From: Flavobacteriales bacterium
Lineage (GTDB): Bacteria > Bacteroidota > Bacteroidia > Flavobacteriales_F > PHOS-HE28
Assembly (NCBI GenBank): GCA_020635695.1
Contig: JACJZH010000010.1
Location: 4,211 to 68,210 of the forward strand
Reading direction: 5' to 3'
Length of the DNA stretch: 64,000 nt
Part shown: one piece after another, positions 1 through 8,179 of the stretch
How the letters are laid out: every line of letters starts with the position of its first letter
Position numbering within the stretch: the stretch's first letter is position 1
Position numbers and translations under genes: made by a program
Notes under the pieces: generated by a model
What the model was told of the DNA's origin: nothing
The model's database searches: none
What the model saw: the letters and a program-made list of their open reading frames with translations, nothing else

Positions 1-432
1 CGCGTAGTGCTTGGCCAGGTAGTCCAGGATGATGGGCTCGTTCTCGCCGAGGTCCCACAGCTTCTGGGTCTCCTGCATCCAGCGGATCATGCTCTCCCAG
101 CCGGCGCGGTCGGCGCGGTTCTGGGTCACCAGCTTGCTGCTGTGGCAGGCGGTGCAGTTGGCGCGCACCAGCTCCCAGCCCTCGTCCACCACGAAGCCGG
201 TCTCCACGTGGATGCCGTCCACGATGCCTTCCTCCAGGGGATCGACCTCCGGCACTTCGGTGGCGGCGACCTGGTCAGCGGTGCCGAGGTCCAGCCCCTG
301 CGGGAAGAACATGAGGGTCACTACCACCACCACGATGCCCACGGCCACCAGGGTGAGCCGGTTCAGCATGGTGTTCACGCGGTCGTAGGCCGCGCGCTGC
401 TCGGGGGAGATGATGGGCTTGTCGTCGCTCAT
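1..432 (-). CDS. membrane-anchored c-type cytochrome (3' end cut by window edge), SorB-like partner of the upstream Mo-enzyme
   Basis: Absent from ORF track because it runs off the window. Minus-strand translation from ATG 432-430 gives MSDDKPIISPEQRAAYDRVNTMLNRLTLVAVGIVVVVVTLMFF... It has one TM helix, then haem motif CTACH (CXXCH), then ...WMQETQKLWDLGENEPIILDYLAKHYA. ATGA stop/start overlap with 429..1751. Confidence 0.8.
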   Translation of the reverse strand, partial: MSDDKPIISPEQRAAYDRVNTMLNRLTLVAVGIVVVVVTLMFFPQGLDLGTADQVAATEVPEVDPLEEGIVDGIHVETGFVVDEGWELVRANCTACHSSKLVTQNRADRAGWESMIRWMQETQKLWDLGENEPIILDYLAKHYA

Positions 433-1751
433 CGGACGCGGACGGCGATGCGGTGGGTGGCGTTGTTCAGGTAGCCCTTCGGATTCCAGCCCGGCACCAC
501 CATGGGCTGGCTGCGCCCGCTGCTGTCGGTGGCGCGGGCCCACACCTCGTAGTAGCCGGTCTCGGGGAACTTCACATTCGCCGTCCAGCGCTGCCAGGCC
601 AGGCGGTTGTGCGCAGGCTTCAGGTCGGCGGCCTGCCAGCTGGCGCCGAAGTCGATGCTCACCTCCATGCGCTTCACGCTCAGGTCCCCGGCCCAGGCAT
701 GGCCGCGCAGCTCCAGGGTGCGGCCCTTGTCCAGGATGGCGCCACTCTTCGGGCTGGTGATCACGCTCTTCACCGGCATGCTCTCGATGATGCACATGCC
801 TTCGTCGGGCACCTTTTCGCCGGGTTCAACAGGCTTGCAGGGCACCCGGTAGCTGTCGCCGGTCATCTTGGGACCGTCATGCACCCGGTCGCGTATGGCG
901 ATGCGCTTCAGCCACTTGCCGCTGGCGCTCGCGGGCCAGCCGCCCACCACCAGCCGCAGCGGGTGTCCATGGGCGAGGGGGATGTCCTTGCCGTTCATGG
1001 CGAAGGCCAGCAGGGTCTCGTCCTCCAGGGCCTTGGCCATGGGTACGCCCCGGCTGATGACGACCTTGTCCGGGTCGCCGCTCAGGTGGGTGTCGCCGCC
1101 GTAGTAGCCGATGTACACCGCGTTGGACTTCACGCCCACGGCGTTCAGCACGTCCTTCAGCCGCACGCCGGTCCATTCGGCGCACTGCACGGCGCCCACG
1201 GTCCACTGGTTGCCCTTGGCGGGCGGGTCGAACTCGGCGCGTCCGTTGCCGCCGCACTCCAGCACCAGCCGGTAGCTGTGGTGGGTGAACTTCTGCTTCA
1301 GCTCGGCCAGGGTGAAGGAGACGGGCTTGGTCACGGCCTCCCCGTCGATGGTGAGCGTCCAGGTGGCCGGGTCGATGCTGGTGGGCATCAGGCCGTTGTT
1401 GCGCAGGAACATCCGGTCGGCCGGGGTCACCTCATCGTCCAGCAGGTGGGCCGGCGTCTCGATGTTCCAGGGCTTGTCGTTCAGGATGGTGAGGCCGGTG
1501 TGCTTGCCCAGTTTCTTCAGGGCCTCCTCGTTGCCGTCCTGCAGCAGCAGCGCGGGCAGCAGTCCGCCGGGCATGTGCTCGGCGAACACGATGGGCCCGC
1601 CCAGCACGGCGGCCATGGCGCTGAGCCCGGTGCGCCGCAAGAAGCCGCGCCGGGAAACGGGGTCGCTCTCCCGCCCGAACAGCAGGCGGTCGGCCTCGAT
1701 CGGGTCCTCGGCATACAGCCGGTGGATGTTGACGGTCTTCTTCTCCTTCAT
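429..1751 (-). CDS. molybdopterin-dependent sulfite oxidase/dehydrogenase family protein (SorA-like), Tat-exported
   Basis: 440 aa with a twin-arginine signal (SRRGFLRRTGLSAMAAV). Mo-domain motifs are LECGGNGR (Mo-ligand Cys) and HGHPLRLVVGGW. A C-terminal dimerisation-like domain is present. A cytochrome c follows, as in SorAB. Confidence 0.9.
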   Translation of the reverse strand: MKEKKTVNIHRLYAEDPIEADRLLFGRESDPVSRRGFLRRTGLSAMAAVLGGPIVFAEHMPGGLLPALLLQDGNEEALKKLGKHTGLTILNDKPWNIETPAHLLDDEVTPADRMFLRNNGLMPTSIDPATWTLTIDGEAVTKPVSFTLAELKQKFTHHSYRLVLECGGNGRAEFDPPAKGNQWTVGAVQCAEWTGVRLKDVLNAVGVKSNAVYIGYYGGDTHLSGDPDKVVISRGVPMAKALEDETLLAFAMNGKDIPLAHGHPLRLVVGGWPASASGKWLKRIAIRDRVHDGPKMTGDSYRVPCKPVEPGEKVPDEGMCIIESMPVKSVITSPKSGAILDKGRTLELRGHAWAGDLSVKRMEVSIDFGASWQAADLKPAHNRLAWQRWTANVKFPETGYYEVWARATDSSGRSQPMVVPGWNPKGYLNNATHRIAVRVR

Positions 1752-1915
1752 GCGCGGACGGATGGTTCCCGAAGGTGCGAAGGAAGCGGGAGATGAGGGC
1801 TGATACCGTGACGGGGGTCACGCATCCACACACCTTGTCATGGTACGCCTTTCCATGGGAGAGCGCGTCGGCCGAAGGGGGGAACTGGGGCAACACAGCG
1901 CTGTACCTTTAGGTC

Positions 1916-2896
1916 ATGCACTGGAAAGCCGGGCTGGTCCTGGGTGTGTTCGGCCTGAACATGGGTGCCGGCGTTGCACAGAACTTGGTGCCGAATGGTT
2001 CTTTCGAACAGTATGATACCTGCCCACAGTTCACCGGGTATGGGGAGTATGCGACGGGATGGTTCGATCTACACACAAATTCTGCGGACTACTTCAATTC
2101 CTGCAATGGAGGAACAGTGGTTGGAGTTCCGTTCAATCAGTTCGGGTATCAGCAGGCGGCTGACGGTGAAGCATATATGGGAATGGCTACCTCCTCCCCT
2201 GGCGGTGGGCCTTGGTATCGCGAACTGGTCGGTATTGAACTTAGTCAGCCACTCATTCCGGGCGTCCCCATATGCCTATCGTTCAAAACAGCGATGGGTG
2301 GGTTCGGTAGTTGGTCTGGAAACTCCACTCCCTATTCCTGCAAAGGGATTGGATTGAAGTTCTTTACACAATTCCCTGACGATTGGAGTTTGTACCTATA
2401 CCCGAATTCAGCGGCGCTAAGCTTGGACGTGGTGCCTACGGACACCGCGATCTGGTATTCCGTTTCAGGTATGTATGTCCCTGATTCAGCCTATGCCTTC
2501 ATCGCGGTAGGTAATTTCTTTGAGAATGCGCTCGTTGATCTGACGCTGATCGATTCCACAGGATATGGCACGTTCCCGTTGGCTTATGCCTTCGTAGATG
2601 ATGTACGGGCATCTTTCGACTTGGCGTATTGCACCACTGCGAACGGTGCTGAAGAGCGAAGAAGCCGCGGATGGAGTATGTATCCTAATCCAGCGACCAC
2701 GCGGGTGCAGGTGAGAGGCTTGAACGAGGCCGGAACGCTTTGGCGGGTCTTCGACCTCACGGGAAGGATCGTTGAAAGCGGCCGGTCCACTGGGCAGGGC
2801 TTGGAGATCTGGGTAGGTGACTGGGCGCCGGGCGAGTACATTCTCCAAGTCGGTGAGGAGCATAGAAGGTTCGCTCGTTTCGTGGTAAGTCCGTAA
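1916..2896 (+). CDS. secreted hypothetical protein with T9SS type-A C-terminal sorting domain
   Basis: 326 aa with a signal peptide. The N-terminal NLVPNGSFEQYDTCP module is common in Bacteroidota secreted proteins. The C-terminus YPNPATTRVQV...DLTGRIV...GEYILQV fits the Por secretion tail. GC is lower: two 60-nt lines hand-counted at 48-50%. Confidence 0.85.
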   Translation: MHWKAGLVLGVFGLNMGAGVAQNLVPNGSFEQYDTCPQFTGYGEYATGWFDLHTNSADYFNSCNGGTVVGVPFNQFGYQQAADGEAYMGMATSSPGGGPWYRELVGIELSQPLIPGVPICLSFKTAMGGFGSWSGNSTPYSCKGIGLKFFTQFPDDWSLYLYPNSAALSLDVVPTDTAIWYSVSGMYVPDSAYAFIAVGNFFENALVDLTLIDSTGYGTFPLAYAFVDDVRASFDLAYCTTANGAEERRSRGWSMYPNPATTRVQVRGLNEAGTLWRVFDLTGRIVESGRSTGQGLEIWVGDWAPGEYILQVGEEHRRFARFVVSP

Positions 2897-2958
2897 GTCC
2901 GGTTCCTCGCAGCGCGCAGGACCAGCCGGTCTTTCAGCGAACACTTGACACGAAAGGT

Positions 2959-3028
2959 TGTCATTCCGGGCTCCGACCAGGGATCGCGTGAATGCCTTTC
3001 GCGATTCCGGGTCAAGCCCGGAATGACA
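2959..3028. repeat. REP-like palindromic intergenic element between convergent genes
   Basis: Perfect 13-bp inverted repeat TGTCATTCCGGGC (2959-2971) / GCCCGGAATGACA (3016-3028). A third ATTCCGGG copy lies at 3004-3011 and forms an inner 7-bp stem with 3017-3023. Confidence 0.7.
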
Positions 3029-3065
3029 GGGGGAGGAGAGGCGGCCTGCTTCGGTGGGCCGCTTC

Positions 3066-4439
3066 CTATTTCCCGATACAGAACCGGCTGAAGATGCTGC
3101 CCAGCAGGTCGTCCGTGGTGATGCGGCCGGTGATCTCGCCCAGGTGGTGCTGGGCCCGGCGCAGGTCGATGGCCAGCAGCTCGCCGCTCACGCCACCGTC
3201 CAGCGCGGCGCGGGCATCGGTGAGGGCCTCCACGGTGCGGCGCAGCGCCTCCACATGCCGCGCGTTGGTCACCACCACGCCGCCCTCGCCGCTCTGCAGC
3301 GCGTTCACATGCTTCAGGAACTCCTCCTTCAGCCGGTCCAGCCCGGTGCCGTCGCGCGCGCTGATGCCGATGACCTGCTTCGCCTGCGAGGCTCCCGGGA
3401 TGTCGCACTTGTTCAGTACGGGCACCACCAGCGGGGCGGGCAGGCCCTCGGGACGGTCCTTCGCCAGCCGTTCGGTGAGCAGCCGGGCCTCGGTGAGCAG
3501 GCCGCCCTCGCTCAGGGTGCCGGCATCGCCCAGCAGCACCACGATGCTCGCCTCGCCGGCCTTGCGGTAGCTGCGCGCGATGCCCATCCGTTCCACGGTG
3601 TCGCCCGTTTCGCGCAGCCCGGCGGTGTCGATGAAGCGGAAGAGCACGCCCTCCAGCGTGATGGCCTCCTCCACGGTGTCGCGCGTGGTGCCGGGGATGT
3701 CGCTCACCAGGGCGCGGTCGTCCTGCAGCAGGGCGTTCAGCAGGGTGCTCTTGCCCGCGTTGGGCGCGCCCACGATGGCCACGGGGATGCCCTGGCGCAC
3801 GGCGTTGCCGAAGCGGAAGCTGGCGATCAGCTCGGTGCAGACCGCGTTCACCTCGTCCATCAGGGTGCGCAGCTGTCCGCGGTCGGCGAACTCCACGTCC
3901 TCCTCGCTGAAGTCGAGCTCCAGCTCCACCAGCGCGCACAGGTCGATGAGCTGCTGGCGCAGCGCCTCGATGCGGCGGCCGAAGCCCCCGCGCAGTTGCT
4001 GCAGGGCCAAGCGGTGCTGGGCGGCGCTCTGGCTGGCGATCAGGTCGGCCACGGCCTCGGCCTGGCTCAGGTCCAGCTTGCGGTTCAGAAAGGCCCGCTG
4101 GGTGAACTCGCCGGGCAGGGCCAGCCTTCCCCCGGCCTGCAACAGCGCCTCGATCAGGCGTTGCTGCACGTAGGGGGAGCCGTGTACGCCGAGTTCCACG
4201 ACGTCCTCGCCGGTGTAGCTGGCCGGGGCGCGGAACACGGTGGCCAGCCCTTCGTCGATCACGCCTTCGCTGTCGCGGAATTCCACCAGGGTGGCCAGCC
4301 GGGGGGCGGGGTCGCGGTCCATCTTCGCCGCCACGCTGCGCAGGAGCAGCACGGCGTCCGGCCCGGAGATGCGCACCAGACCGATGGCTCCCGTGCCCGG
4401 CGGGGTGCTGAGGGCGACAATGGTGTCCTGCTCGGTCAT
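3066..4439 (-). CDS. mnmE: tRNA modification GTPase MnmE (TrmE)
   Basis: 457 aa. N-terminus DTIVALSTPPGTGAIGLVRISG. G-domain motifs GAPNAGKSTLLN and DTAGLR. Invariant C-terminal FCIGK. Confidence 0.97.
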   Translation of the reverse strand: MTEQDTIVALSTPPGTGAIGLVRISGPDAVLLLRSVAAKMDRDPAPRLATLVEFRDSEGVIDEGLATVFRAPASYTGEDVVELGVHGSPYVQQRLIEALLQAGGRLALPGEFTQRAFLNRKLDLSQAEAVADLIASQSAAQHRLALQQLRGGFGRRIEALRQQLIDLCALVELELDFSEEDVEFADRGQLRTLMDEVNAVCTELIASFRFGNAVRQGIPVAIVGAPNAGKSTLLNALLQDDRALVSDIPGTTRDTVEEAITLEGVLFRFIDTAGLRETGDTVERMGIARSYRKAGEASIVVLLGDAGTLSEGGLLTEARLLTERLAKDRPEGLPAPLVVPVLNKCDIPGASQAKQVIGISARDGTGLDRLKEEFLKHVNALQSGEGGVVVTNARHVEALRRTVEALTDARAALDGGVSGELLAIDLRRAQHHLGEITGRITTDDLLGSIFSRFCIGK

Positions 4440-4446
4440 GATCCCC

Positions 4447-4466
4447 GCGAAATTCCGGAATTTCGC
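4447..4466. promoter_or_regulatory. perfect 20-bp palindrome in the 44-nt mnmE/ndh divergent spacer (candidate operator or leader hairpin)
   Basis: GCGAAATTCCGGAATTTCGC is its own reverse complement. It starts 8 nt from the mnmE ATG (4439) and ends 18 nt before the ndh TTG (4484). A near -7 box TCATTTTG lies at 4479-4486. Confidence 0.5.
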
Positions 4467-4483
4467 ACCGTCCCCCGGTCATT

Positions 4484-5800
4484 TTGCCTTCCCGCGCCAA
4501 GCTCCACTACGACAACCTGCCCCATCCCAAGGTGGTCGTGGTGGGTGGCGGCTTCGCCGGACTGGAGCTGGTGCAGGGCCTCAGCGGGCAGCCGTACAAG
4601 GTGCTGCTGCTGGACCGGCAGAACCACCACTGCTTCCAGCCGCTGCTGTACCAGGTGGCCACGGCCAGCCTGAGCGCGGACAGCATCGCGCACCCCTTCC
4701 GGCGCACGGTGGGGCCCATGTCCAACGTGGCCTTCCGCATGGCGAACGTGACCGCGGTGGACGCGGACAAGAAGCTCGTGTACACCGACCACGGTGCCTT
4801 CGAGTACGACATCCTGATCCTGGCCACGGGCTCGCGCACCAACTTCTTCGGCATGCGCGACCTGGAGGCCACGGCCATGCAGCTGAAGAACATCAGCCAG
4901 GCGCTGGACATCCGCAGCGACTTCCTGCAGGACTTCGAGGCCGCGCTCTACCTGCACGACGAGGCGGAGAAGCGCAGCTACCTGAACTTCGTGATCGTGG
5001 GCGCGGGCCCCACCGGGGTGGAACTGGCCGGTGCCCTGGCGGAGATCAAGCGCACCGTGCTGAAGCGGGAGTACCGCGAGATGGAGAGCGAGTGGATGCG
5101 GATCGTGCTGATCGACGGCAACGACCGCGTGCTGCAGCATTTTTCGGAGGAAAGCAGTGCCGACGCCTACCGCTACCTGAGGGAGCTGGGGGTGGAGGTG
5201 ATGCTGAACACCCGGGTGACCGGCTGCGATGACGACCGGCTGATGCTCGGCGACGGCACCACCATCGACACCCACACGGTGATCTGGGCCGCCGGCGTGA
5301 TCGGCGCCGCCGTTCCGGGCCTGGAAGGCGCGATGAACGAGCGGAGCGGCCGGTACAACTGTGACGAACACGGCCGCGTGGGAGGCCTGGACGGCATCTA
5401 CGCCGTGGGCGATGTGGCCAGCTACGCAGGAGATCCCGAGTGGCCGAAGGGGCACCCGCAGGTGGCCACCGTGGCCATCCAGCAGGCGCAGCACCTGGTG
5501 GCCCACCTGAAGGCGCGGGCGAACGGCGGCAGGGAGAAGCCCTTCCGCTACCGGAACAAGGGCTCCATGGCCACCATCGGCCGGCGCCGGGCGGTGGTGG
5601 ACCTGGGCAAGCGGCAGTTCGGCGGCACCTTCGCGTGGCTGCTCTGGATGTTCGTGCACGTGATGCAGCTGGTGAGCTTCCGGAACCGCTTCATGGTGCT
5701 GATGAACTGGGCCTGGAAGTACATGAGCTGGAGGAACACCATCCGCCTGATCATCCGCCCTTACGTGCGGCGCAGCAACACCGACACCGCCGGGGCATGA
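4484..5800 (+). CDS. ndh: type II NADH:quinone oxidoreductase (NDH-2)
   Basis: Dinucleotide fold KVVVVGGGFAGLE, QPLLYQVA and a second GAGPTGVELAG. There is no in-frame ATG before the fold, so the start is TTG 4484 or GTG 4532 (uncertain). Confidence 0.9.
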   Translation: MPSRAKLHYDNLPHPKVVVVGGGFAGLELVQGLSGQPYKVLLLDRQNHHCFQPLLYQVATASLSADSIAHPFRRTVGPMSNVAFRMANVTAVDADKKLVYTDHGAFEYDILILATGSRTNFFGMRDLEATAMQLKNISQALDIRSDFLQDFEAALYLHDEAEKRSYLNFVIVGAGPTGVELAGALAEIKRTVLKREYREMESEWMRIVLIDGNDRVLQHFSEESSADAYRYLRELGVEVMLNTRVTGCDDDRLMLGDGTTIDTHTVIWAAGVIGAAVPGLEGAMNERSGRYNCDEHGRVGGLDGIYAVGDVASYAGDPEWPKGHPQVATVAIQQAQHLVAHLKARANGGREKPFRYRNKGSMATIGRRRAVVDLGKRQFGGTFAWLLWMFVHVMQLVSFRNRFMVLMNWAWKYMSWRNTIRLIIRPYVRRSNTDTAGA

Positions 5801-7023
5801 GCACGCCACGCAGCGGCCGCTCGATGTCGCTGGTCCTCTTCCTCACGGTCTTCATCGACCTGCTGGGCTTCGGGCTGGTGATCCCCATCCTGCCCAACTA
5901 CATCCGTGACCTGATGGGCAGCGAGGTGTGGGTGGGCTTCGCCATCGCGCTCTTCAGCATCATGCAGTTCCTGAGCACGCCCTTCCTGGGCGGCCTCAGC
6001 GACCGCATCGGCCGGCGGCCCGTGCTGCTGATCACGCTGGTGGCCAACTCGTTGGGCTACCTGCTGCTGGGCTTCTCGGAGGGCATCGTGCTGCTGTTCA
6101 TCGCGCGCATGATCAGCGGCATGGCCTCGGGCAACATCTCCGTGGCGCAGGCCTACCTGATCGACGTGACGCCTCCCGAGCGCCGGAGCGGGGCCCTGGG
6201 GCTGATCGGCGCGGCCTTCGGGCTCGGCTTCATCTTCGGTCCGCCGGCAGGTGGACTGATCATGGGCTACTTCGGGTTCGCCTACGTGGGCTGGTTCGCG
6301 GCCTGCCTGTGCCTGCTGAACTTCCTGCTGGCCTACTTCATCCTGAAGGAATCCATCCCGCAGAAGACGCCCGATGCGCCGCTGAAGCTGATCCCGGTGT
6401 CCGACTACCGCGAGGCCTTCAAGGACCGGCTGGTGCTGCGGATCTTCCTGATCAACTTCCTGTACGTGGGCGCCTTCTTCCTGTTCCAGGTGTGCTCCAC
6501 GCTGTTCTGGGAGGAGCATTTCGGGCTGAACGAACAGCAGCGCGGCTACGCCTTCGCCTTCCTGGGCATCAGCACGGCCGTGGTGCAGGGGCTGCTGATC
6601 CGCCGCCTGAGCGCCCGCTTCGGCGATGAGCGCCTGCTGATCGCCGGCAACATCGGCATGGCGGTGATCCTGCTGGGCCTGGGCCTGGTTCCTCCGGGCC
6701 TGTTCCTGCTGCTGGAGCTGCCGCTGATCGCCCTGATGGCCATCGTGAACGGACCGGTGGGGCCGAGCTCGCTGGCGCTGCTGAGCCGGGAGACCGACCC
6801 GCGCAAACAGGGCAAGGTGGTGGGGCTGTACCAGAGCTTCGGCTCGCTGGCGCGGGTGGTGGGGCCCATCGTGGGCACCTCCCTCTACGCCACGCACTAC
6901 CTGATCCCCTTCTTCACGGCCAGCGTGCTGCTGCTGCTGAACGCCCGCTGGGCCTTTGGCCTGGTGCGGGACATCAAGGCCCGCCATGCCAACGAGGTTG
7001 GTCAGCCGGGCGGCGGGACCTAA
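5797..7023 (+). CDS. MFS transporter (TetA-like drug:H+ antiporter family)
   Basis: The track ORF 5440..7023 has a spurious 5' extension. The real start is ATG 5797 (ATGA overlap with the ndh stop). The N-terminus is MSTPRSGRSMSLVLFLTVFIDLLGFGLVIPILP. The MFS motif GGLSDRIGRRPVLL and about 12 TM segments are present. Confidence 0.9.
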   Translation: MSTPRSGRSMSLVLFLTVFIDLLGFGLVIPILPNYIRDLMGSEVWVGFAIALFSIMQFLSTPFLGGLSDRIGRRPVLLITLVANSLGYLLLGFSEGIVLLFIARMISGMASGNISVAQAYLIDVTPPERRSGALGLIGAAFGLGFIFGPPAGGLIMGYFGFAYVGWFAACLCLLNFLLAYFILKESIPQKTPDAPLKLIPVSDYREAFKDRLVLRIFLINFLYVGAFFLFQVCSTLFWEEHFGLNEQQRGYAFAFLGISTAVVQGLLIRRLSARFGDERLLIAGNIGMAVILLGLGLVPPGLFLLLELPLIALMAIVNGPVGPSSLALLSRETDPRKQGKVVGLYQSFGSLARVVGPIVGTSLYATHYLIPFFTASVLLLLNARWAFGLVRDIKARHANEVGQPGGGT

Positions 7024-7077
7024 TTTCGCGGCCGTTCAAACGGGCACCCCGGGTGCCGACACACCGACCCAACGACC

Positions 7078-7947
7078 ATGAGCGTACTCGTCAACAAGGA
7101 TTCCAAGGTGATCGTGCAGGGCTTCACCGGCAGCGAAGGCACCTTCCACGCCCAGCAGATGATCGAGTACGGCACCAACGTGGTGGGCGGTGTCACCCCC
7201 GGCAAGGGCGGGCAGAAGCACCTGGACAAGCCCGTGTTCGACACGGTGAGCGAGGCCGTGCAGGCCACCGGCGCCGACGTCAGCATCATCTTCGTGCCGC
7301 CCGCCTTCGCCGCGGACGCCATCATGGAGGCCGCCGAGGCCGGCATCAAGGTCATCGTGGCCATCACCGAGGGCATTCCCGTGAAGGACATGGTGGCCGC
7401 CAGGGAGTACCTGCGCGGCAAGGACTGCACGCTGATCGGCCCCAACTGCCCCGGCGTGATCACCGCCGACGAATGCAAGGTGGGCATCATGCCCGGCTTC
7501 GTGTTCAAGAAGGGGAAGGTGGGCATCGTGTCGAAGTCCGGCACCCTCACCTACGAGGCCGCCGACCAGGTCGTGAAGGCCGGTCTGGGCATCACCACGG
7601 CCATCGGCATCGGGGGCGACCCCATCATCGGCACCACCACGCTGGAGGCGGTGCAGCTCTTCGCCAACGACCCGGCCACCGAGGCCATCGTGATGATCGG
7701 TGAGATCGGCGGCGACCTGGAGGTGAAGGCCGCGCAGTGGATCAAGGCCAACTGCAAGAAGCCCGTCGTGGGCTTCATTGCCGGAGAGACCGCCCCGAAG
7801 GGCCGCACCATGGGCCATGCGGGCGCCATCGTGAGCGGCGCCGACGAGAGCGCGGCCGCCAAGAAGGCCGTGATGCGCGAATGCGGCATCCACGTGGTGG
7901 AAAGCCCCGCCACCATCGGCGCCAAGGTGAAGGAGGTGCTCGGCTGA
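7078..7947 (+). CDS. sucD: succinate--CoA ligase subunit alpha
   Basis: 289 aa. [24 protein letters not shown], the phosphohistidine loop MGHAGAIV and ITEGIP are all present. Confidence 0.97.
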   Translation: MSVLVNKDSKVIVQGFTGSEGTFHAQQMIEYGTNVVGGVTPGKGGQKHLDKPVFDTVSEAVQATGADVSIIFVPPAFAADAIMEAAEAGIKVIVAITEGIPVKDMVAAREYLRGKDCTLIGPNCPGVITADECKVGIMPGFVFKKGKVGIVSKSGTLTYEAADQVVKAGLGITTAIGIGGDPIIGTTTLEAVQLFANDPATEAIVMIGEIGGDLEVKAAQWIKANCKKPVVGFIAGETAPKGRTMGHAGAIVSGADESAAAKKAVMRECGIHVVESPATIGAKVKEVLG

Positions 7948-7981
7948 GGTTACCGCGCGCTCGCGGACAGACCCGGCAGTA

Positions 7982-8179
7982 TCACTGCTTGTCCCGTTCC
8001 TTCTGCTTTGCCTGCTTCAGGCTGTCGATGCGGTCCTGATCGGGGGCGTTGTGCCTGGGCGCCTCCCTCCGGGCATCGGAACCGTTGCCATCGCTGCCCG
8101 CGTTGATCTGCTCTTTCGGACCACAGCAGCTGAACACCAGCATCAAGGCTGCTGCACTAATGAACGACCAGGTCTTCAT
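7982..8179 (-). CDS. small putative lipoprotein
   Basis: 65 aa. Signal peptide plus lipobox MKTWSFISAAALMLVFSCC, then a charged tail. It overlaps the 3' end of 8157..10055 by 23 nt in another frame. Confidence 0.45.
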   Translation of the reverse strand: MKTWSFISAAALMLVFSCCGPKEQINAGSDGNGSDARREAPRHNAPDQDRIDSLKQAKQKERDKQ

